Origin: Atractiella rhizophila
Taxonomy: Eukaryota
Length of the DNA: 29,032 nucleotides
Assembly: GCA_021432655.1 (NCBI GenBank)
Contig: MU271313.1
Location: 62,001 to 91,032 of the forward strand
Direction of reading: 5' to 3'
Positions 21,299-29,032 of the stretch are shown piece by piece. Under the pieces are notes generated by a model. The model saw nothing but the letters and a program-made list of their open reading frames with translations, ran no database searches and had not been told where the DNA came from. Position 1 is the first letter of the stretch; each line of letters opens with the position of its first letter. The translations under genes were made by a program, and so were the position numbers.

Positions 21299-22078
21299 TA
21301 TTGGCGATAAATACAGAGACGAAGGAAGCTGACAAACCAAAGGAATAAAGATTCTTCAACAAGACGTGTGGATTTTATAGACCACAGCTATTGGGTCAAA
21401 TTTCGCCCGTGAACTGAGTAATAACTTGTATGGTCAATAATTAACACAGAACCAGCGAATAACATACCTTCTTCCCACACGCATCTCACAATTACGTGCT
21501 GAGCACTGAGGGCATCAAGAACCTGGATTGGATCGGTAGAACTGCTAAGCATGAACTGTATCGAAGCAAGACTGGCCTTTCCAGCGCAAGCACGCGATTG
21601 ACGGGGCTGCTAAGAAGGTATGCGAACTGCCGAGACGCCAAATTACGGGTCGCTTAGGCACCAGAAACGGCTGGAGGAAGAGAAGCTGTCGTCATTCCGA
21701 GTTCGGTTTCTTTGCTTCTATGCGGAAACTCGGGCATCAACGAGCTCAAAGGAATGGCCTCAACGTTTGAGCCATTGATAAAGAGGCAACAGAACCGGTG
21801 CTTCCTTTGGACAGCAAGATTAGAAGTCAACAGATATTCATTCAATGTTACAGAAATTGCACCAAGAGACTCGAGAAAACCAAAGTACTGAAGCATGATC
21901 CACTTCGCGAACGAACGAAATGAATTTCTAGTTATCAGATGTGCTGGGTTACGGTGGCGACGGAGACATTTGCTCCATTGGGCTGGAGGCGGCTCAACAT
22001 ATCATCTGCGAGAGCACGTTCCGTCAACGTCGTCAGACCCTGGTTCTTGGTTTCGGAGAGAATATTTGTGACCTCCTT
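19903..22078. repeat. Tandem segmental duplication, unit 2
   Basis: Begins accagagg (as at 17725) and ends gtgacctcctt (as at 19901). Confidence 0.95.
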
Positions 22079-24830
22079 GTTGAAATCGTCGTAGGAGGGA
22101 GCATTCAAGTTCTTTTCTTCTCGGGGTCAGAAGTCATGAACGAACTTGGCGGAAGTAAGTCTCAGAGAAAGATGGATGGATGCTGATAGCGTACGACCAC
22201 GACCAGTTTTTGTTGAGTGAATATTGCATTGCGTAGTACGTATACGCTGCAGCTCCGCAAGGTCTGATGGGAGCGCGTGAGGAGATGACTGGTTCTTTTT
22301 GCAGGCTGAGGAGCGTCATGATGCTCTTCAGATGGCAGTAGAATTCCTCATCCCAAGTCGCGGAGCTCACGGAACCTTCTCATCGCGTCCATCCGGAGAG
22401 ATAACTTCTATGAGCTTTCAGCTAACATCATATTTCTTATCCACTCACAACCTGCGAACGCCCCTGATGAAAGGATAGATAAAATTGTTTCTGCCCTGAG
22501 GAATACGTGGATAATGACACTGAGCACTCTCTAGCGTGTAGCTACCAACGAACGCGATCCAAGATGCCAGTGCATGGTGTTACAACAATATAAGATCCAT
22601 GGTATGAATCGAAGAGGAGAGGGGAGGTTGAAACGCTCGAAGAATTAAGTCGTTATATCCAAGCATTGTGAAAGCAGTCGCCTGTCCCTTCAGCCAATCG
22701 ACCCTCCTTGTTTGGAATGATGAAAACTCGCCGGAAGCGACGCATGTCCATCCTTCTTGACACAGGTTGTCCCCATCCAATACCTATCCCCCATTGTCCG
22801 TAATTCGCACTACACTGCAGGCTTCCGACATTGGGTAAACAGGTTTTGAGAAGGTTGTGCGCTCGCAGTGATAGCCGTTATGGGGAGTGAACCCTATCGT
22901 ATCTGAAACAGGACGCAAATCCGCTGCATAATGGTTGTCACGTCCTTGTCCTAGTAATGATCGACTCTGTAGATCGTCTCCCGCAGAGAGTTGAAGGATA
23001 CTTCCTTAGCAAGGCCAGGTAAGGAAGGCTCTGATCTCCCTCCGGTGAGTTAACCATCAGAACTTCGGGCTTTTGCTCGTTACGCAAACGTGCAATGCAG
23101 GAAACCGAGTTAATGACCAGAAGTCTAGAAAGGTTAGAGAAGATTTGATGCGTCGAGTTTAACAAGATCTTGACGACGGTCAGAAAAACCTAGCTGGATG
23201 CGGTGTCGCGATGTCAGGTATTTTGACCTGTGACCCTACAAAGTAAGGCGTGAGCAAGGAATACCGCAGTTCTATCATTTGGAACTGCTGAATGTAAGGG
23301 AGATTGAGAGATCCACGAGGACATCGGGAGCACGCTCAATCCTTGAAAGCCCTAGTCAAGATCACATCGTAAACATGTCTTTAGCCACTTCCTCGACCCT
23401 CAACACCCAACGCTCTCGCTACTAAGCAGAACGTGAAGGTTTGTCCACATAGAAGCCTCATTTAACAATGACTGAAGACATAGTTCCTGAGCTCTCCTGT
23501 CATGGAAATAAGGATATTCAACAGGCAGCAATTATGGTGGCCTTTGTACAATCTAGATGCAATCCAGAAACAGCTCTGATGACCCCCCAAAGTGCGATAC
23601 AGTTCTCGCTGCTCCTTTAAGGGTTGTTGGATCTTTCTGCTCGAACTCCAATGATAGATGACATGAAGACAGGCGACGCAAAACCTCCAGTATTCAAGCT
23701 ACAAGCTACTGGCAAGAGCCTAAAGAGGTAATCTCCGACTCTGTCCAAACTCGGGCAAACTCTTGCGACCTCCTCGTTGGCCCATCTGAACGTAAAATCG
23801 TCTCGAAAGCGACAACTTGAACACACTCAGGATGGATTCAAGTTCTGAAGTGCGGCCAGCAAAAGGGCTGAATGGCTTACAAACCTTGGAGGAAGAGATG
23901 GAGCGAGAAGAGTTCGTGTGGAGTACGGGATTTGGGGGATTGGATAAATGCTTACATGGAGGATGGAGGCGAGGTCGAGTGATAAACATTATTGGAGACA
24001 GGGGAGTAGGCGCATCGGTATGTTCTGTTCTTTGCTTTACACCTCCTTGTGCTTGTACTGCCTGTGTGGCTCTTTTCGAACATGAAGGATGCCTTTACAG
24101 CTTTGCCAATACAGCTGCATGGGACCTCCAGTCTTGGTCCTTCAGGCTGTTAACGCATTAATATCAAGGCGAAACTCTTATGTTTGCTGCCCTCCGAGTC
24201 TCTTTCCATCGTGGAGTCGCTATAGCGCCAGCCGGGGAAGTAGTCCTGTCTCTCATCGGAGCAGAGGCTCCGGTTTGTGAGGCCCGAAAGTGGCTCGTCA
24301 CGTTACGCTCACTTCGATTCAACTTCAACTTCATTGGAGCAGAGCAAAGGTTCAATGCCGGATGACGTCCCTCCAGCCTCTTGTTCCTGTCTCTTCTCTT
24401 TATGCGTTTTGAGCGGTCCTGAAATACATTTTCGATCAATGCCGTCTTCAATACACGCCTTATGATTGATGACGGTCCAGTTAGTGCTGTCCTGCGTCCT
24501 CCAATCTCTCATCTCTTCACAAACTTTCAAGGCCTTCTACGTTGGCCCATCTTCTTCTTTCCCCGCCAGTCTCTGCTTCGATATTTTACAACGGAGATTT
24601 CCTGTATCCTTTCAGCCTTCCCCGACGCCAGACGACGAAGCAATCTATAATTTTGCTGCCAGAGTCCTCGATCGAGTAGAAGTCGCAGGGTGGGATGCTC
24701 GAGTAGTCCTTCAGGAGAAGCAAGATATTCACTGGGTTCTGGTCGATGTCGATGCCAAAGAAGTGAACTTACCGGAGCTCGTCGAGTTCATCCTCATGTG
24801 TAGACGAAAAGGAGTAATCACCTTCGTGCG
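21830..24830. repeat. Second segmental repeat, copy 1 (matches 26060-29032)
   Basis: Colinear with 26060-29032 at an offset of about 4200-4250. True ends are hidden by the gap and the window edge. Confidence 0.93.
22653..22882 (-). pseudogene. Degenerate 3' fragment of the CBM1 gene
   Basis: Reads HNGYHCE..KTCLPNVGSLQCSANYGQ followed by frameshifts. It retains remnants of the last intron (donor now GCGAGT) and of the last exon (GCGACTGCTTTCACAATGCTTGGAT vs GCGACTATTTCTCACAGTGTTTGGAT). No upstream exons are present. Confidence 0.8.
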
Positions 24831-25092
24831 GTTTCTCCTCACCGCTCACGTTTCATCGATAATCATAATCGCAGCTCCTATCCCCGGCCCTCCCTCAGCT
24901 GGTAGACCTTGATATCCACCTAAAGGTGCAAGGTCTGAAAGCAACCATATCGGTGAGTTTCTCTTTCAGCAACTCCTACCCGAGGGAAGCTCAGTCAAGT
25001 CCGGTTGCTTACAGCTTCAGCGCAATCGGGAAGGCAGGGATGGTTCATTCAACGCTTCCTGGGTCTGCCGCCCTCCTCCTGACTTTTCCTAA
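23832..25092 (+). CDS. Divergent RecA/RAD51-fold protein (RAD51-paralogue-like, ~228 aa) with degenerate Walker A
   Basis: Exons 23832-24017, 24481-24825, 24875-24952 and 25015-25092, all joined by phase-0 GT-AG introns. WSTGFGGLDKCLHGGWRRGRVINIIGDRGVGAS matches the RAD51/RadA pattern STGxxxLDxxLxGG..GxxGxGKS; WVLVD is a Walker-B-like motif. Confidence 0.72.
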
Positions 25093-25357
25093 GACAATTG
25101 ATGAGTTGGCGTAGGACGGAATTGAGCTGTCGGAGTCTCGACGTTGACCGTTTCATTCAGCTGGCACCGTGCGAATGATAGGCTGACAGATAGAGCAACT
25201 TCCAATCGTTGAATGATGCTGAATGACGGTGCTCGGGCACCAGCGGAGTTGAAGGGTTTTGGATTGTCGCTCATGATGGACGTTGGCTATCACTTTGAAA
25301 TCAAGGGATCGGATCTCCTCTGCGCCCCGTTTCAACAGTCAATGTCTGCACTCCTAC

Positions 25358-26059
25358 NNNNNNNNNNNNNNNNNNNNNNNNNNNNNNNNNNNNNNNNNNN
25401 NNNNNNNNNNNNNNNNNNNNNNNNNNNNNNNNNNNNNNNNNNNNNNNNNNNNNNNNNNNNNNNNNNNNNNNNNNNNNNNNNNNNNNNNNNNNNNNNNNNN
25501 NNNNNNNNNNNNNNNNNNNNNNNNNNNNNNNNNNNNNNNNNNNNNNNNNNNNNNNNNNNNNNNNNNNNNNNNNNNNNNNNNNNNNNNNNNNNNNNNNNNN
25601 NNNNNNNNNNNNNNNNNNNNNNNNNNNNNNNNNNNNNNNNNNNNNNNNNNNNNNNNNNNNNNNNNNNNNNNNNNNNNNNNNNNNNNNNNNNNNNNNNNNN
25701 NNNNNNNNNNNNNNNNNNNNNNNNNNNNNNNNNNNNNNNNNNNNNNNNNNNNNNNNNNNNNNNNNNNNNNNNNNNNNNNNNNNNNNNNNNNNNNNNNNNN
25801 NNNNNNNNNNNNNNNNNNNNNNNNNNNNNNNNNNNNNNNNNNNNNNNNNNNNNNNNNNNNNNNNNNNNNNNNNNNNNNNNNNNNNNNNNNNNNNNNNNNN
25901 NNNNNNNNNNNNNNNNNNNNNNNNNNNNNNNNNNNNNNNNNNNNNNNNNNNNNNNNNNNNNNNNNNNNNNNNNNNNNNNNNNNNNNNNNNNNNNNNNNNN
26001 NNNNNNNNNNNNNNNNNNNNNNNNNNNNNNNNNNNNNNNNNNNNNNNNNNNNNNNNNNN
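25358..26059. other. Assembly gap (702 N)
   Basis: Run of n characters. ORFs crossing it are artefacts. Confidence 1.
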
Positions 26060-26164
26060 ACAGATATTCATTCAATGTTACAGAAATTGCACCAAGAGAC
26101 TCGAGAAAACCAAAGTACTGAAGCATGATCCACTTCGCGAACGAACGAAATGAACTTCTAGTTA

Positions 26165-26599
26165 TCAGATGTGCTGGGTTACGGTCGCGGCGGAGACATT
26201 TGCTCCATTGGGCTGGAGTCGGCTCGACATATCATCTGCGAGAGCACGTTCCGTCAACGTCGTCAGACCCTGGTTCTTGGTTTCGGAGAGAATATTTGTG
26301 ACCTCCTTGTTGAAATCGTCGTAGGAGGGAGCATTCAAGTTCTTTTCTTCTTGGGGCCAGAAGTCATGAACGAACTTTGCGGAAGTAAGTCTCAGAGAAA
26401 GATGGATGGATGCTGATAGCGTACGACCACGACCAGTTTTGTTGAGTGAATATTGCGTTGCGTCGTACGTATACGCTGCAGCTCCGCAAGGTCTGATGGG
26501 AGCGCGTGAGGAGGTGACTGGTTCTTTTTGCAGGCTGAGGAGCGGCATGATGCTCTTCAGATGGCAGTAGAATTCCTCATCCCAAGTCGCGGAGCTCAC
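26165..26599 (-). pseudogene. Possible fragment of an unknown gene
   Basis: 144-codon open frame with protein-like composition (FVHDFWPQEEKNLNAPSYDDFNKEVTNILSETK). The copy at ~21935-22370 has a 1-nt indel and the copy at ~19760-19901 is cut by the duplication junction. No recognisable domain. Confidence 0.3.
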
Positions 26600-26894
26600 G
26601 GAACCTTCTCATCGCGTCCATCCGGAGAGAACTGACTGATAACTTCTATGAGCTTTCAGCTAACATCATATTTCTTATCCACTCACAACCTGCGAACGCC
26701 CCTGATGAAAGGAAAGATAAAATTGTTTCTGCCCTGAGGAATACGTGGATAATGACACTGAGCACTCTCTAGCTACACTACCAACGAACGCGATCCAAGA
26801 TGCCAGTACATAATGAAGGCGTTACAACAATATAAGATCCATGGTATGAATGCAAGAGGAGAGGAGAGGTTGAAACGCTCGAAGAATTAAGTCG

Positions 26895-27128
26895 TTATAT
26901 CCAAGCATTGTGAAAACAGTCGCCTGTCGCTTCAGCCAATCGACCCCTCCTTCTCGTTTGGAATGATGAAAACTCGCCGGAAGCGACGCATGTCCTCCGT
27001 CTTGACAACAGGTTGTCCCCATCCAATACTTATCCCCCATTGGCCGTAATTCGCACTACACTGCAGGTTTCCGACATTGGGTAAACAGGTTTTGAGAAGG
27101 TTGTGCGCTCGCAGTGATAGCCGTTATG
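26895..27128 (-). pseudogene. Second degenerate 3' fragment of the CBM1 gene
   Basis: Homologous to 22653-22882. It retains WMGTTCCQDG but carries partly different indels. Confidence 0.8.
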
Positions 27129-28070
27129 GGGAGTGAACCCTATCGTATCTGAAACAGGACGCAAATCCGCTGCATAATGGTTGTCACGTCCTTGTCCTAG
27201 TAATGATCGACTCTGTAGATCGTCTCCCGCAGAGAGTTGAAGGATACTTCCTTAGCAAGGCCAGGTAAGGAAGGCTCTGATCTCCCTCCGGTGAGTTAAC
27301 CATCAGAACTTCGGGCTTTTGCTCGTTACGCAAACGTGCAATGCAGGAAACCGAGTTAATGACCAGAAGTCTAGAAAGGTTAGAGAAGATTTGATGCGTC
27401 GAGTTTAACAAGATCTTGACGACGGTCAGAAAAACCTAGCTGGATGCGGTGTCGCGATGTCAGGTATTTTGACCTGTGACCCTACAAAGTAAGGCGTGAG
27501 CAAGGAATACCGCAGTTCTATCATTTGGAACTGCTGAATGTAAGGGAGATTGAGAGATCCACGAGGACATCGGGAGCACGCTCAATCCTTGAAAGCCCTA
27601 GTCAAGATCACATCGTAAACATGTCTTTAGCCACTTCCTCGACCCTCAACACCCAACGCTCTCGCTACTAAGCAGAACGTGAAGGTTTGTCCACATAGAA
27701 GCCTCATTTAACAATGACTGAAGACATAGTTCCTGAGCTCTCCTGTCATGGAAATAAGGATATTCAACAGGCAGCAATTATGGTGGCCTTTGTACAATCT
27801 AGATGCAATCCAGAAACAGCTCTGATGACCCCCCAAAGTGCGATACAGTTCTCGCTGCTCCTTTAAGGGTTGTTGGATCTTTCTGCTCGAACTCCAATGA
27901 TAGATGACATGAAGACAGGCGACGCAAAACCTCCAGTATTCAAGCTACAAGCTACTGGTAAGAGCCTAAAGAGGAATCTCCGACTCTGTCCAAACTCGGG
28001 CAAACTCTTGAGACCTCCTCGTTGGCCCATCTGAACGTAAAATCGTCTCGAAAGCGACAACACACTCAGG

Positions 28071-29032
28071 ATGGATTCAAGTTCTGAAGTGCGGCCAGCA
28101 AAAGGACTGAATGGCTTACAAACTTTGGAGGAAGAGATGGAGCGAGAAGAGTTCGTGTGGAGTACGGGATTTGGGGGATTGGATAAATGCTTACATGGAG
28201 GATGGAGGCGAGGTCGAGTGATAAACATTATTGGAGACAGGGGAGTAGGCGCATCGGTATGTTCTGTTCTTTGCTTTACACCCCCTTGTGCTTGTACTGC
28301 CCGTGTAGCTCTTTTCGGACATGGAGGGTGCCTTGACCTCCAGTCTTGGTCCTTCAGGCTGTTAAAGCATTAATATTAAGGCGAATTGCTATCCTTCGAG
28401 TCTCTTTCCATTGTGCAGTCGCTATAGCCCCAGTCGGGGAAGTAGTCCTGTCCCTCATCGGAGCAGTTTGTGAGGCCTGAAAGTAGCTCGGCACGTTACG
28501 CTCACTTCGATTCTACTTCAACTTCTTCGGACCTGAGCAAAGGTTCAGTGCCGGATGACGTTCCTCCAACCTCTTGTTCCTGTGTCTTCTCTTTATGCGT
28601 TTTGAGCGGTCCTAAATTCATTTTCGCTCTACGCCGTCTTCAATACACGCTAAACGCAGCCTTATGATTAATGACGGTCCAGTTAGTTCTGTCCTTCGTT
28701 CTCCAATCTCTCATCACTTCACAAACGTTCAAAGCCTTCTACGTTGGCCCATCTTCATCTTTCCCTGCCAGTCTCTGCTTCGATATTCTACAGAGGCGAT
28801 TTCCTTTGTCCTCTCAACCTTCGCCGACGCCTGACGACGAAGCAATCTATAATTTTGCTGCCAGAGTCCTCGATCGAGTAGAAGTCGCTGGGTGGGATGC
28901 TCGAGTAGTCCTTCAGGAGAAGCAAGATATTCACTGGGTTCTGGTCGATGTCGATGCCAAAGAAGTGAACTTACCGGAGCTCGTCGAGTTCATCCTCATG
29001 TGTAGACGAAAAGGAGTAATCACCTTCGTGCG
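28071..29032 (+). CDS. Second copy of the RecA/RAD51-fold gene (runs off the window end)
   Basis: Exon 1 (28071-28256) encodes the same protein sequence. Intron 28257-28682. Exon 2 from 28683 is open: LVLSFVLQSLITSQTFKAFYVG...GVITF. Confidence 0.7.

Larger units (their letters stand above)
26060..29032. repeat. Second segmental repeat, copy 2
   Basis: Colinear with 21830-24830. Its first ~250 nt are also a third copy of ~19650-19901. Confidence 0.93.

Noticed and set aside
22460..22510. CTGATGA motifs (also near 11383, 23576 and 26702) as hammerhead ribozyme cores
   Set aside because: No stem II followed by GAAA and no flanking helices could be built.
25213..26128. Long ORFs of 256-302 aa in the track
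   Set aside because: Artefacts of translating through the N gap.
17725..29032. Transposon (Helitron, Pack-type or Starship-like) as the cause of the duplications
   Set aside because: No transposase, RT, Rep/helicase or recombinase ORF, and no TIR, LTR or target-site duplication seen. The gap could hide something, but nothing visible supports it.
1..29032. CRISPR arrays, rRNA, tRNA or other prokaryotic systems
   Set aside because: The sequence is eukaryotic and intron-rich; no short regularly spaced repeats or recognisable tRNA/rRNA were seen.

Overview
Intron-rich fungal genomic DNA, probably a basidiomycete (an inference from the many ~50-60 nt GT-AG introns, tiny exons and CBM1 modules). 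The left ~17.5 kb is a compact block of housekeeping genes: a GIT1-like MFS permease, a small 3-exon orphan gene, a Gyp5/EVI5-like TBC Rab-GAP, the LSG1 GTPase head-to-head with exocyst SEC3, and a LAG1/LAC1-type ceramide synthase. The right ~11.5 kb is a duplicated accessory region. By hand-splicing I reconstruct an 8-exon secreted protein of about 366 aa that the ORF track does not show: signal peptide, propeptide ending in KR, a 12-Cys domain I cannot assign to a known family, a Thr-rich linker and two CBM1 modules. A 2.18 kb tandem duplication makes a second copy whose junction creates a stop codon and removes the C-terminal end of the only canonical CBM1. Two frameshifted CBM1 relics and two copies of a RecA/RAD51-fold gene lacking the Walker A lysine lie in a second repeat (offset ~4.2 kb) that spans a 702-nt assembly gap. 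All exon models were made by eye; no database searches were run.
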